64,000 nt of DNA from Thermodesulfobacteriota bacterium (GCA_035559815.1 DATMAT010000029.1:2485-66484), one strand, 5' to 3'; numbered from the stretch's first letter, positions 52,551-62,917 are shown. Notes: generated by a model from the sequence alone, not told the origin. Made by a program: numbers and translations.

Positions 52551-52725
52551 TTCCGTAAATTCGTGGAAATTTGACCGCAAATCAGCACGATTAGAAAAAT
52601 GGGTTTCAGTTTCGAGTTGACGAGTTTGCGGGTTGACGGGTTAAACTTCTAACCAGCAAACCTGATAGCAAGTAAACAATAACAACACATTTGTGTCCAT
52701 TCGTGCTAATTCGTGGCTGTATAAC

Positions 52726-53655
52726 CTAATTTTTTCTTTTCTCAAACTTTATCCTCGGGTCGAGGAGGGTATAGCAGATATCCACGATTAAATTGGCTAG
52801 GACGAGTATTAACGTGTAAACAATGGTTATTCCCATGACCAGCGGGTAGTCCCTGTTTGAAACCGCAAATACGAAAAATCTTCCCATTCCCGGGATCGCA
52901 AATATATGCTCTACCACGAATGACCCGGTGACCAGATAAGCGGTGATCGGCCCCAACACGGTTACTACTGGAATAAGTGCATTTCTCAGGATGTGCTTTA
53001 CCACCACCTTTACTTCACCCAGTCCTTTAGCCCTGGCCGTTTTTACGAATGGCGCTTGGGAGGTTTCCAGCATACTGGCCCTTATCAAGCGGGTAAGATA
53101 GGCGGTGGGCCCCGCCGCTAGGGTCAACCCGGGGAGTACAAGGTGTTCCAGCCTTCCCCATAGGGCGGCCGGGAACAAGCCCAGTTTCACCGAGAATAGG
53201 TATATTAGAATGGCGCCCACTACGAAGTTGGGGACGGAGACCAGTGCGGTTGCTACGGAGAAGGAAAGAAAATCCAAGAACCCTCTAGGCCGGGTTGACG
53301 AGAGTATCCCCAGGGTCGTCCCCACTCCTATCGTGATTAAAAGCGCGACAATCCCCAGGGTGACCGAGACGGGGAGGGTCTCTTTAATGATCTCGTTCAC
53401 CGAGCGGTCGACGTATTTGTAGGAAGGACCTAAGTCCCCTCGAACCAGGTTTTTCAGGTAAATTCCATATTGCTTTAATATTGGTTCGTTAAGCCTATAT
53501 TTTTCTTCTATGTTTTTTTGAATTTGGGGAGGAAGCTTCTTTTCCGTGTCGAAGGGGCCGCCGGGCAGGGCCCTTAATAGAAAGAAGGTGAATGTGGCTA
53601 CTACGAAAACAACTGAAGACCCGGTAAAGGCGCGACTAAGTATGAATTTGAACAT
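52726..53655 (-). CDS. ABC transporter permease (DppB/OppB type)
   Basis: 6 TM; EAA-like loop region; 309 aa. Confidence 0.75.
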   Translation of the reverse strand: MFKFILSRAFTGSSVVFVVATFTFFLLRALPGGPFDTEKKLPPQIQKNIEEKYRLNEPILKQYGIYLKNLVRGDLGPSYKYVDRSVNEIIKETLPVSVTLGIVALLITIGVGTTLGILSSTRPRGFLDFLSFSVATALVSVPNFVVGAILIYLFSVKLGLFPAALWGRLEHLVLPGLTLAAGPTAYLTRLIRASMLETSQAPFVKTARAKGLGEVKVVVKHILRNALIPVVTVLGPITAYLVTGSFVVEHIFAIPGMGRFFVFAVSNRDYPLVMGITIVYTLILVLANLIVDICYTLLDPRIKFEKRKN

Positions 53656-53673
53656 TCATCGAAAAAGCCCTTT

Positions 53674-56598
53674 TTAAGCTCCCTTCCTCACCACGAAGGT
53701 TCTCTTCGAGAATACATCCTTGGCGTTCTTTGCATAAACCGTTACCGAATTAATCCCATCGGCTAGCTTTACCGGTATGGAGATGGGCACATCCTTTCCC
53801 TGGGACGGCAGCAATTCCACCTTATCGTCCCCCACGAAGATTGAGACCAGTTGAATTCCGTACTCATCCCTTATAGCTCCGCTCAGGTTTATTTGGTCGG
53901 AATTGGTATGAAGCGGGGGGTTGGCTAAATTTATAGTAGGTGGCTTTTGAAAAACCTCGGTAAAACCGGAGTCGCTGGGGAGTACCTGGGAATCCGCGAA
54001 GACGACGTCGTCCTTACTCACCCAGCCGGTTAGTTTTTCGCCAAGTTTGAGTTTTAGCCAGCCTTCGCTCTCTACCGTGCTCGTAAAAACCGAGCCTTTT
54101 TCGGATACAGCGATAATCGGAGCTTCGATAAAGCTTCCTCCTCTTATCGGCGCCTTATCCCTGGAGACTATGACTACCCGTGAGCTGGCCGGGAACCGTA
54201 CTTGGCCGCTTTTTTCGGGGATTTGTACCTTACTGGTTAGCCCTTCCCTCAAAACTTCATCCAACATCTGAAGCTCCATGTTAATTAAGCTGTCCGGCTT
54301 TTTAGCGCTGAATGTTAAGACCTCCTCTTTTATTTCGCCGGGGTTAAGGTTCTTAAACTGTACCCTGCCCCTTTTCAGGAACGCTTTATCACCGGAGAGA
54401 TTTTTAAGCGATAAAACCCCCTCCTCTGCCGTTCCCTTTCCAATGTTTTTTATCCTGACTAAAAGCGCTATGGTCTCTCCCACCTCCGGGATTCCGTCTC
54501 CGTTTCCCTCGGAGCCGTGCCTTCCGTCGTCTATGACCTGGTAATTGAAGGCAAAGATTGGCCTGGGAAGCTCCTCTATTACCGCCTCAAACTTGGAATC
54601 GGGAAAGGCAGTATTGTATGCATCCTTGAACTCAAGGGTGATTTCGGCTTCCCTGGTCAGAACCCACCTGGGGATTTCAAATGTTACGCTCCACTTTCTT
54701 TTCTCTCCAGGATTTAGTCTCCCAAAGGTAAACTCCTTGCCGTTGAATATCTCGTCCTCGGATTTGGTTATGGCGTTTAGCCGGTAAATAGTCGCCGGCC
54801 CGGTATTTTCCACCTCGGCTGTAACCGTAAGCTGGTCCCCCGCCTTAGCCCTAAGAACGCCTGGCTCCAGTTTGACGTCGAGGGTAGAAGCCCCTGGAAA
54901 TGCCCCGTCCAGTGACCAGTCCACCCCTATCTCCTGCCACATTTCCTCTATCTTTCTTTCTTCATCCTTGGAGATTCGGTGTATTTTATCCTGCGCCTCC
55001 CCGAGCATCTTTTCCCTGGCTACCGAGTCGGAGGAGCGGATAATTTCTTTGGCCAGGGTTACATAGAAATCGTTCTCGATTTTTTTCCTTCTCTCTTGGC
55101 GGCTGAGGGCTTCTTCCGGAGTCTCCTCGTCCGGGTCAGTAACCGGCTCCTGGGTCTCCAGGTAGCTGATTGTGTAGACTGGTTTATCGGTTGTTTCCTT
55201 TTGTCCGTTTGACTTTTCGCGCTGCTCGTTCTCGGGAGGGGAACCGAGGGCGATTTCCCTGGAAATAACCGCCGGTTGAATACCGATATCCGGTGTAATT
55301 CCTATATCTTGTATGGAAATATCGCCCGGTGTGAGATAATGGGCAATGGTCAACTTGAGCGCGGAGCCGTCGTTAAGGTCGAATATTTGCTGGACCGAAC
55401 CTTTGCCGAATGTCCTCTGCCCGATGACTACCCCCCGGTCGTTGTTCTTTATAGCCCCGGCCACGATCTCCGATGCGCTGGCGCTGCCCGAGTCTACGAG
55501 GACGACTATCCTTCCGCTGAAATCATAATCTTCATGCTGTGCATAGTATGGTTTTTTTGAATTTCCAATCTCAGTGGTTACTACAACCCCGCTCTTTAGA
55601 AATAGGTCTGAAATTCTTTCCGCCTGGTCCAAAAGCCCTCCTGGATTTCCTCTGAGGTCGAGTATGAGTCCCTTCAAAGTGCCGTTCTTGGCGAAGTCCT
55701 TAAGGGTATCCTGCAGGTTGGATAGGGTGTTTTTCTGAAAGTCCCTTATTTTAACGTATATGATACCGTCATTAAGATTGAAGGCTTCTACGCTTTGGAT
55801 GTTAATGGTGTCTCTGACGATGGAGAATCTTTTTGGTTCAGGAAGGCCTTCCCTGTGGATATGGATGTTCACCACGCTGCCTTTCGGCCCCCTGAGCTTT
55901 CCCACCGCCTCGATGAGAGACATGTTTACCGTGGATTCATCCTCGATCTGGACAATCCGGTCGTTGGGTTTTATCCCGACCCGGTAAGCCGGCGTTCCTT
56001 CGATCGGGGCGATGACGGTTAGATTCCCGTCCCTGATTCCTATGACTATACCCAGGCCGCCAAAGCTGCCCTCGGTTTCGATGGTGAATTCCTGATAAAC
56101 CTGGGGGGTAATTATCCCGGAATAAGGGTCAAGGGTCTTGAGCATCTCATCGGTTACGGCGTACTCTACGTCAATGGCCGTAGGTTCTTTGGAGACCCGG
56201 CGGGGCATGACGAAACGAAAAACCTCCTCCACTTTATCGGCGGCGCTATCCAGGTCGACGACATCGGTCATGGTAAAGGTCTTTTCTTCACCCATCACCC
56301 GGACGACGAAAGTAGGGCTGTTCTCTCCATCCGGAAAGCTGACCAGCACCTCGTCGAGGGTTCTTTCCAATTTGTTGAGCCCGTTGACCAGCATAGCCCG
56401 GGGGTTTATAGCCGGTTGATCCACATAGTATCTTTTCACATAACGCATGGTCAGGGGAAGAATGTTTACATTGCCGCCCTGGCCTGATTCTTTTTCAGAG
56501 TTTTGAAGCCTGGGCGAGAGAAATAAAAGGTAAACCAGGAGGAGAAAAACAAAAAAAATAAATCGGTTTCTCCTTATTAGATTGGACATTATTTGCAA
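53674..56598 (-). CDS. S41-family C-terminal processing peptidase with PDZ domain and about 500-aa C-terminal extension
   Basis: GLILDLRGNPGGLLDQAERISDLFL S41 motif; PDZ upstream; signal/TM at N-terminus. Confidence 0.75.
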   Translation of the reverse strand: MQIMSNLIRRNRFIFFVFLLLVYLLFLSPRLQNSEKESGQGGNVNILPLTMRYVKRYYVDQPAINPRAMLVNGLNKLERTLDEVLVSFPDGENSPTFVVRVMGEEKTFTMTDVVDLDSAADKVEEVFRFVMPRRVSKEPTAIDVEYAVTDEMLKTLDPYSGIITPQVYQEFTIETEGSFGGLGIVIGIRDGNLTVIAPIEGTPAYRVGIKPNDRIVQIEDESTVNMSLIEAVGKLRGPKGSVVNIHIHREGLPEPKRFSIVRDTINIQSVEAFNLNDGIIYVKIRDFQKNTLSNLQDTLKDFAKNGTLKGLILDLRGNPGGLLDQAERISDLFLKSGVVVTTEIGNSKKPYYAQHEDYDFSGRIVVLVDSGSASASEIVAGAIKNNDRGVVIGQRTFGKGSVQQIFDLNDGSALKLTIAHYLTPGDISIQDIGITPDIGIQPAVISREIALGSPPENEQREKSNGQKETTDKPVYTISYLETQEPVTDPDEETPEEALSRQERRKKIENDFYVTLAKEIIRSSDSVAREKMLGEAQDKIHRISKDEERKIEEMWQEIGVDWSLDGAFPGASTLDVKLEPGVLRAKAGDQLTVTAEVENTGPATIYRLNAITKSEDEIFNGKEFTFGRLNPGEKRKWSVTFEIPRWVLTREAEITLEFKDAYNTAFPDSKFEAVIEELPRPIFAFNYQVIDDGRHGSEGNGDGIPEVGETIALLVRIKNIGKGTAEEGVLSLKNLSGDKAFLKRGRVQFKNLNPGEIKEEVLTFSAKKPDSLINMELQMLDEVLREGLTSKVQIPEKSGQVRFPASSRVVIVSRDKAPIRGGSFIEAPIIAVSEKGSVFTSTVESEGWLKLKLGEKLTGWVSKDDVVFADSQVLPSDSGFTEVFQKPPTINLANPPLHTNSDQINLSGAIRDEYGIQLVSIFVGDDKVELLPSQGKDVPISIPVKLADGINSVTVYAKNAKDVFSKRTFVVRKGA

Positions 56599-56664
56599 GA
56601 TTTTTTACCCCTCAAGCGCTTTGGTTCTCTGACAGTAGATTATTATCTTAATTGAATGGATTTA

Positions 56665-57105
56665 TCAAATCAAATCTGACTTGAGGATTTCTTTTACCTT
56701 CTCCACAACGCCCCCTATTCTCACCGGCCTGGTGATAACGTGCTTGAACCCGGCCTTTTCAAGCCCTATGGCTTTCCTCTTGCCGCCAGCCGCTATTATT
56801 AAGATTGGAATCGATGAGGCGTGCTCAGAAAGAATCTTGATGTCCCGAGTTGGGTCATCTTGGGATTGATTGTCGTATATTATGATTGCCGGTATTATTC
56901 TCTTATCGGAAATCCAGTCGAGTCCTTCGTTCAATGTCTCAACGGCCAGGGTTCTGATCCCCTCCTCTAGAAGCTGGGCCCGGAGAAAAGCCCTTTCCCG
57001 CCAATCCTTCATTATCAATATCGCCGCACGTGTTTTCATGAGGAAACTATGACAATTATACTTCTTCCAACTGATCCAAAATAGGAGATTCCTTCGCAAT
57101 GACAC
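56665..57105 (-). CDS. stand-alone receiver-domain-like protein
   Basis: about 120-aa alpha/beta pattern resembling CheY-like REC; weak. Confidence 0.35.
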   Translation of the reverse strand: MSLRRNLLFWISWKKYNCHSFLMKTRAAILIMKDWRERAFLRAQLLEEGIRTLAVETLNEGLDWISDKRIIPAIIIYDNQSQDDPTRDIKILSEHASSIPILIIAAGGKRKAIGLEKAGFKHVITRPVRIGGVVEKVKEILKSDLI

Positions 57106-57215
57106 CTTGGGTCTTGTTATTGCGAAGAGCCATTCGGCCCTTCGACGGAGTTTACACTGAGTTTATCGAATGTGCTCAGGGCTGGCCTTGCTTAAAACGT
57201 TTGAGTATAAGTGAG
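57095..57215. repeat. second copy of the 115-bp unit
   Basis: see 51195-51310. Confidence 0.75.
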
Positions 57216-57222
57216 AATCCAC

Positions 57223-57530
57223 CAATCTGTCATTCCCGCGCAACTTGTCCTCGACCATGATCGGGGAGCGGGAATCCGTCCACCTGTCATTCCCACGCAA
57301 GTGGGAATCCATTGTTTAATTATGGATCCCCGATTAATCTTGTCCCCGCATGTGTCTGGCGGGGAACATTCGGGGATGACAACCAGGGGGATCCCCCGGT
57401 TAAAACGGGGGACGGGGATGACATGCGGAGAGGAACCTCGCTTGATCTCTCGGTTTAACCGGGGTACAGGCATGACCGGAAGACTACTGTCATTCCCGTG
57501 GAAGCGGGAATCCAGTTTTTCAAAAAATGG
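57223..57530. repeat. family C palindromic repeats with nested insertion
   Basis: gtcattcccgcg[caacttgtcctcgaccatgatcgggga]gcgggaatcc etc. Confidence 0.7.
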
Positions 57531-57629
57531 ATCCCCGATTCGATAAAATTCAGTGTGTACTCCATCGTAGGGATAAACTACGACGAAGTAGAACATGAGT
57601 AATCTTTTGACGAGTTCGCCCTTCCCCCG

Positions 57630-57900
57630 GTTAAACCAGGGGACCTGGCTCAGGACGAACGGGCTTTTATTTCATAAAGCCTTTACAGCGGATATACATC
57701 TGCTCATTCCTTCATTGCACTCACCCTTCGTCTCCGCTCAGGGTGAAGTGGTATTAGAATGAGCTTGCCCTTCCTTCATGGTGAGCGGAGTCGAACCATG
57801 AGCCTTTCGCCTCCGCTCAAAGCCTGTCCTGAACCTGCTGAGGGCATAAACTCCGTCGAACCATGGGCCCATCGGTAAACTCTGAGCCTGTCGAAGGATG
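57630..57900. repeat. family A-type repeat cluster
   Basis: cacccttcgtctccgctcagggtgaag...gagtcgaaccatgag... Confidence 0.7.
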
Positions 57901-58173
57901 TAGTTTCTTGACGAGTTCTATCAACTTACTACTCAAGGCGAAAGGCATCATTAAGGTGCTGAATTGCGCTTTGCATCAGATCGCTTTAAGGAGCTCACCC
58001 AGCGCGTTCGAGCGCTTCGCAATCGCAAAGTGAAGCAAGTCATTATTCCTTTTTTCGTATACTAATCTAAGCTAGGGGTTGGAAAAAATGGAAAAAAAGG
58101 GCCTTGTGTGTTACCTTTTTAATACGAAGAGGGTTTAAATCTAAGGGTACTAAACTGTCCAAGGAGGACTCTA

Positions 58174-58626
58174 ATGAAAAAAAGCGTAGTTTCAATGTGT
58201 ATGGTTATAAGTCTGGTGGTTTCTACAATGGGCTCATCTGCTTTTTTATCTTCCTGTGCCACCAGCCAGCGTACCTATGAGGGTGCCGGGGTAGGCGCTG
58301 CGCTCGGCTCCGTGGCCGGGCTTTTGATCGATGACGACAACAGATGGCGGGGCGCTGTAATCGGTGGTTTGATCGGCGCTGCTGTTGGCGGTACGGTCAC
58401 CGAGATATCCCAAAGGGCGGCGCGCGAGGCTGCATATGAAGGACGGCCGGTTGCTTATCAGAGTACAGATGGGTTCCAGAGGGTGGAAGCTACACCGGTA
58501 GGTTATGATGCGAGTACCAAGTGTCATAAAGTTCGGGAGAGGGTGTGGCAGGATGGCCAGCTAGTAAAGGATGAAGTAAGAGAGGTATGTGAGTCCGACA
58601 GGGTAGAGCCGGGATATAATTATTAG
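58174..58626 (+). CDS. glycine-zipper (SlyB / 17-kDa antigen-like) lipoprotein
   Basis: lipobox LSSC; GAGVGAALGSVAGLLI...GAVIGGLIGAAVGG. Confidence 0.5.
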   Translation: MKKSVVSMCMVISLVVSTMGSSAFLSSCATSQRTYEGAGVGAALGSVAGLLIDDDNRWRGAVIGGLIGAAVGGTVTEISQRAAREAAYEGRPVAYQSTDGFQRVEATPVGYDASTKCHKVRERVWQDGQLVKDEVREVCESDRVEPGYNY

Positions 58627-58703
58627 TGATTATTTAGCCACGGAGAACATAGAGACTTCGCTAAGATCAGTCGAGCATTCAAGAATTTTTCTTTGAGCTA
58701 TTA

Positions 58704-58744
58704 AAGCCAGAGAGATTAAACACATCTTTCTGGCTTTTTATTTG
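58704..58744 (+). terminator. intrinsic terminator
   Basis: aaagccagaga...tctttctggc then tttttatttg. Confidence 0.6.
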
Positions 58745-58989
58745 CCCCGTGAGATAAGTTTTACTATCCAACGGGTTGAGATACGCAGTGGTATTAACCC
58801 ACGAAACGAGGGTCTCTCAGGTCTCACGGAATTATCTCTTGGGGTTAATACTGCTTTCCAAAAAATTAGAAACCAGTGGTTCACACTCGCAAACAAGGAC
58901 TTTAGATAGGTAAAAAGTCTTTTTAAAATCAGGTTTACTTTTCTATGTTTGTTATGCAAGTGCTGTTCCAACCCTATTCGTTGAAATTG

Positions 58990-59165
58990 CCTTTTTAACC
59001 CTGCTCACCCTTCGTCTCCGCTCAGGGTGAAGGGCATGGTATTGCTTGGAGTTTTAGACCTGCCTTCATGGTGAGCGGAGTCGAACCATGAGTAGTTCGA
59101 TTGCGCTCAAAGCCTGTCCTGAGGAATAAACTCAGTCGAACCATGGACCCTTCTAAGCATAATCT
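58990..59165. repeat. family A repeat cluster
   Basis: near-copy of 57720-57870. Confidence 0.7.
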
Positions 59166-59298
59166 CGTTTTTTCAATGGATTGCTTCGTCGCTTTGCTCC
59201 TCGCAATGACACCCAGGAAATGGCGACTCTTCTCTCTGACTCCACGCGAAGCAATCTTTTAATTTCGGACAAGGTTGACCGCTACAAATGATGGCTTA

Positions 59299-59326
59299 GT
59301 AGGGGCACGCTGCAGCGTGCCCCTAC
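59299..59326. repeat. REP (GTAG-type palindrome)
   Basis: gtaggggcacgctgcagcgtgcccctac. Confidence 0.65.
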
Positions 59327-59561
59327 CATAGTAAAAAGACGTCTGAAGAAAAAAACTAAGTATTATCCCAACCCGTGAAATAAATTTTACTATCTAACTA
59401 ACTCGCCATACTCCAAAGCTAGTGCTGTTTTATAACGATTTGCACGTAAATATGGAACCAACATTCGTATATGTAAGACGTGAGAGTATGTGTTGATCCC
59501 CAATTAGAAAGATAATAAAAGATAATAGAGGTTAAAACTGTCCCAAATAGAGGGATTGATT

Positions 59562-59830
59562 GCAAGAGTTCGTCTGATAGTAATCAAAGGGCTCCAATGA
59601 CGGATAAATAAGAGGAAGCAAACCCCTCTCTTTAATTCCCCCCCTTAGTAAGGGGGGAAATGCAAGGGGGTTAGAAGGGCTATTTGAACGAATAGGATCA
59701 GTACAGCGCTTGCATAGGAAACATCAAAGAGAGTAACCTGATTTTAAGAAGCCGTTTTATCCGTCGAAGAGCCTTGTTTTATAAAGGGTGAATCTGTTGG
59801 TTTTTAATTATTTTTGATAGCAGTGTATAC
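59562..59830. repeat. copy 2 of duplicated conserved noncoding element, followed by hicB 3' fragment (59809-59865)
   Basis: aligns to 9546-9627 and 9938-10060; tacactgctatcaaaaataa corresponds to hicB end gatcactgctgtccaaaataa. Confidence 0.6.
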
Positions 59831-59874
59831 AGGGTATCCTTTGAGGCAATGCCTAATGATCGTATAGATCGTTT

Positions 59875-59902
59875 GGAGGGGTTCAAAATTTTGAACCCCT
59901 CC
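59875..59902. repeat. REP-like perfect palindrome
   Basis: ggaggggttcaaaattttgaacccctcc. Confidence 0.55.
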
Positions 59903-60032
59903 AAAAGCAAAATACATTCAGCACATAGCAAAGTTATGGGCTCTATTATTCAGTGCAGACAAATCTGCCGCTCAGGCTGTTCTGCGTGTTTTTACACAAC
60001 AAACAGATTTTTTATATTTTAATGAAAAGCTC

Positions 60033-60061
60033 TTGACAAGGTATGTGATTTGTGATGTAAT
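60033..60061 (+). promoter_or_regulatory. sigma70-like promoter (TTGACA-17-TGTAAT)
   Basis: ttgaca aggtatgtgatttgtga tgtaat. Confidence 0.45.
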
Positions 60062-60136
60062 TGCTTTAATTTTAAAGGAGGATAGAAAGAGTGATGTCAT
60101 CTGTTCAAGCCTGTTTTGGATCCACAAAGAAAGGGC

Positions 60137-60165
60137 TTGACAATCAATTTTTTCTGTGTTGTAAT
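60137..60165 (+). promoter_or_regulatory. second sigma70-like promoter (TTGACA-17-TGTAAT)
   Basis: ttgaca atcaattttttctgtgt tgtaat. Confidence 0.45.
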
Positions 60166-60312
60166 TCAAAGCATCCAAAAGTCTGGAGGAGGCTTTTTTA
60201 AAAATCTTAAGGAGGATGAAAGCCATCTCAAAAAATCAATTCCCGAATCCAACCGTTTTTTCCCATAATCAATACCTGAAGCTTAATAAAACAACGAAAA
60301 AGGAGGGTGTAA

Positions 60313-61329
60313 ATGTTTAAGGAATTATTTGGTGAAAAAAATCAAAAAAGGAGGATAGCTTCTATGCTAGAGAAGAATTTTAGCAGGATAAAGTATCTTT
60401 TGTTGTTAGCATTGCTTTTGATGGTGCCGGCCAAATCTTGGGCCGGAGCACCGGGGCTTTTCGACACGGACGGTCTTAATGCTCAGATGGTCGGTTTCTG
60501 GGACCTAAGAAACCGGAACTCATTCGCGCAGGTAACAAACACCAGCGCGCTACCGATAACCGTACACGTCCAGATATTCAATGCGGCATCAGGTTGTTTG
60601 GAGGTTGACTTTTATGACACCTACACCGGGAATGATACCCACGTATATGACCTAAGGGGCATAGTCAGGAATGACGGCGGGCCGTTAAGCATAGTGTTAC
60701 CGGATGGCGGTTTTGGCATAATCGTGGTAACGAATGTGGCTGGGGTGTTCGGTCCGGCACTTGGGAATTTTATCGAGGACTACGTACTGACCGGGAATTT
60801 CCGGGTAGTGGACTTTGCCGGATACGAGTACAGGTCAAATTTTGACGGGGTTCCCAATATTTTAACAGGCCTGGCAGATGATCTCACGTTTAACTTTAAC
60901 AACGTTAACGGGAATAGCCTCTCGGACGTGGTTGGCATAGTGCTGGATGATACCGGGCCTGGATTTTTCGAGGTGATTGCCGCAGGCACCTTTATCACAT
61001 TCGACGTATTCCTTTTTGACCAGTTTGAGAACCCGATTTCCTGCGACCTCTTTACATTTGCCTGTACGGCAAGCTCATTGGACGTCGGTATAAATGGCGC
61101 GCTTCCTAACAGCAGGGGGGCGGGAAGCCTTTGCCCGGCGAATGTTGATACCGTGGGGCACGTAAGGTTGTTTGGCGTAGCCGCGGCTGGCGACTATTTC
61201 ACCGGATTTGTCGGACTAAATAACGGGGACGGAACCGGCAGCATGGACACATGGTGGGGTCCTTTACCTTCCAATGGTGTCGCCGCTCTTGACAGCTTGG
61301 GCCAGGGGGGCTTAAACCTAGGAAACTAA
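60313..61329 (+). CDS. secreted protein, paralogue family with 61385-62812 (signal peptide likely from Met at 60364)
   Basis: shared N-domain (QVTNT...CLEV.F.DT....DTHVYD). Confidence 0.5.
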   Translation: MFKELFGEKNQKRRIASMLEKNFSRIKYLLLLALLLMVPAKSWAGAPGLFDTDGLNAQMVGFWDLRNRNSFAQVTNTSALPITVHVQIFNAASGCLEVDFYDTYTGNDTHVYDLRGIVRNDGGPLSIVLPDGGFGIIVVTNVAGVFGPALGNFIEDYVLTGNFRVVDFAGYEYRSNFDGVPNILTGLADDLTFNFNNVNGNSLSDVVGIVLDDTGPGFFEVIAAGTFITFDVFLFDQFENPISCDLFTFACTASSLDVGINGALPNSRGAGSLCPANVDTVGHVRLFGVAAAGDYFTGFVGLNNGDGTGSMDTWWGPLPSNGVAALDSLGQGGLNLGN

Positions 61330-61384
61330 ATATGATGATTAAACGGATTGAACATAATAAAATTAGAATAAAGGAGGAGAAATC

Positions 61385-62812
61385 ATGTTAAAGAGGTTGA
61401 AGATAATAAACTTGATGGTGATGGCAAGTTTAATGCTTGTTCTCACCTTTAGCGCCTTCGACAAGGCCAAAGCGCAGGGGCTTACAGCCTGCCCCGGGGT
61501 GCCTTTTGATACCGGCTGGTTTCAATTGAACGTTGATTTTCCAGGGGACGACGTTAAGGTCGGTCTTCTGGGGCAAGCAGAGGCAGCCGGCGCCGGGTTC
61601 ATAGGGGGTATAGACTGGTTATACACCGACAGCTCGCTTTTCAACACCCAGCTAAGCGGCTCCCAGTTAGTAAGCTGGTGGACCCAGGCCCCTGGAAGAA
61701 ACACATCCATACAGGTTACAAACACCGACCCGTTCGATGCGGTCAATATTCACGTGGTGATCATAGGCTCGGACTGTTTAGAGGTAAGGGACTTCTGTGA
61801 TACCTTGACGCCGTTAGATACGCACGTGTACGACTTCGGCAACCTGATAAACAACCTGGGCCAGGACATACCTGATGCCAATATCCAGGGTGAGGAGGGG
61901 TTTGTGGTGATATCCGCGGTTGATTCTTGCCCTAATCCGAATGGCGCCATATCATTTAACGCTCTTGAGGGTCAGTTAAGCGTGATAGACAGTAATCTGG
62001 ATACAGATTACGGGACAAACCTATGGACGAGGCTGGCTGTCACGTTTACTAATGGGGCCTCTGTAGCAGACAACGGGACAACACTAGACGGGGTAAATGC
62101 TGGCTATTTAGGGCCGGATGTGGACCCGATATTTGCAACCGACCTGCTGTTCCAGAACTATGCGGTGCTTGGCGCAGGCCCGGCCGGTGCGGACTTGGTT
62201 CTCATAAACTATTTAGATGTTTATGGACCTCCGTACGATCCGGTACCGATATTCGAGAACTACACCCCGGGGATTTTTGACGATGCGGAGAATTTCGTAA
62301 GCTGTGGAGAGCAGTTCTCATGCGGTTTCCTGAGGTTGGGAATTGATGATGCTATCGTAAATAGCGATGATATTATTGTTGTACCTCCAACCCCAACACC
62401 TGAACCGCCTACGCCATGTTTCAGCGACGAAGATTGTGCCTTGAATGAGTTCTGCGCTGGCGGACAAGTTGGAGCATGCGATGTTTCCGGCGACCCGTGT
62501 ACATCCGATGCTGATTGCCCCGAGGGTGAGGTATGTGAGGGTGCAGTAGCGGGTACTTGCGAGCTTATACCATGTACATCCGATGCTGATTGCCCCGAAG
62601 GTACGGTATGTGATGTGGAAGGTGGTTTCTGCGTGATAGTTACACCGACACCGACACCAACACCTGATGGTGATGGCGGCGGCGGATGTGCGATAGCTGG
62701 ACCGGTCAGTGTTGGAACGGCTATGGCTAACATACTGATACCTCTGGTACCGGTAGCGTTTGCATTCGGTCTCAGCGCACTGAGAAGAAGAAATAGAAAG
62801 GACAATAAGTAA
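61385..62812 (+). CDS. secreted Cys-rich protein with Pro/Thr linkers and GlyGly/MYXO-CTERM-like C-terminal sorting signal
   Basis: signal peptide; CTSDADCPEGxVC repeats; TPTPEPPTP and TPTPTPTP linkers; C-terminal GDGGGGC-hydrophobic helix-RRRNRKDNK. Confidence 0.55.
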   Translation: MLKRLKIINLMVMASLMLVLTFSAFDKAKAQGLTACPGVPFDTGWFQLNVDFPGDDVKVGLLGQAEAAGAGFIGGIDWLYTDSSLFNTQLSGSQLVSWWTQAPGRNTSIQVTNTDPFDAVNIHVVIIGSDCLEVRDFCDTLTPLDTHVYDFGNLINNLGQDIPDANIQGEEGFVVISAVDSCPNPNGAISFNALEGQLSVIDSNLDTDYGTNLWTRLAVTFTNGASVADNGTTLDGVNAGYLGPDVDPIFATDLLFQNYAVLGAGPAGADLVLINYLDVYGPPYDPVPIFENYTPGIFDDAENFVSCGEQFSCGFLRLGIDDAIVNSDDIIVVPPTPTPEPPTPCFSDEDCALNEFCAGGQVGACDVSGDPCTSDADCPEGEVCEGAVAGTCELIPCTSDADCPEGTVCDVEGGFCVIVTPTPTPTPDGDGGGGCAIAGPVSVGTAMANILIPLVPVAFAFGLSALRRRNRKDNK

Positions 62813-62825
62813 ACAAGCGTGACCT

Positions 62826-62853
62826 GTAGGGGTTCAAAATTTCGAACCCCTAC
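62826..62853. repeat. REP (GTAG-type palindrome)
   Basis: gtaggggttcaaaatttcgaacccctac. Confidence 0.65.
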
Positions 62854-62878
62854 ATATTTTATATAAGCGTTGAAAACT

Positions 62879-62917
62879 AAAGCCAGTGAGGCTAATTTTG
62901 TCTCTCTGGCTTTTTTA
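62879..62917 (+). terminator. intrinsic terminator
   Basis: aaagccagtgag...ctctctggc then ttttttattt. Confidence 0.55.

Noticed and set aside
54047-56419. Several 60-95-aa ORFs on the plus strand
   Set aside because: All are antisense and internal to the 974-aa S41 peptidase gene.
59875-59902. tRNA-like T-arm sequence (ggttcaaaatt / ttcgaacccc), also at 62826-62853
   Set aside because: These are perfect 28-nt palindromes without acceptor or anticodon arms. They are REPs, not tRNAs.
59972-60226. 84-aa minus-strand ORF
   Set aside because: It overlaps the tandem promoters and RBS region upstream of 60313 and is low-complexity.
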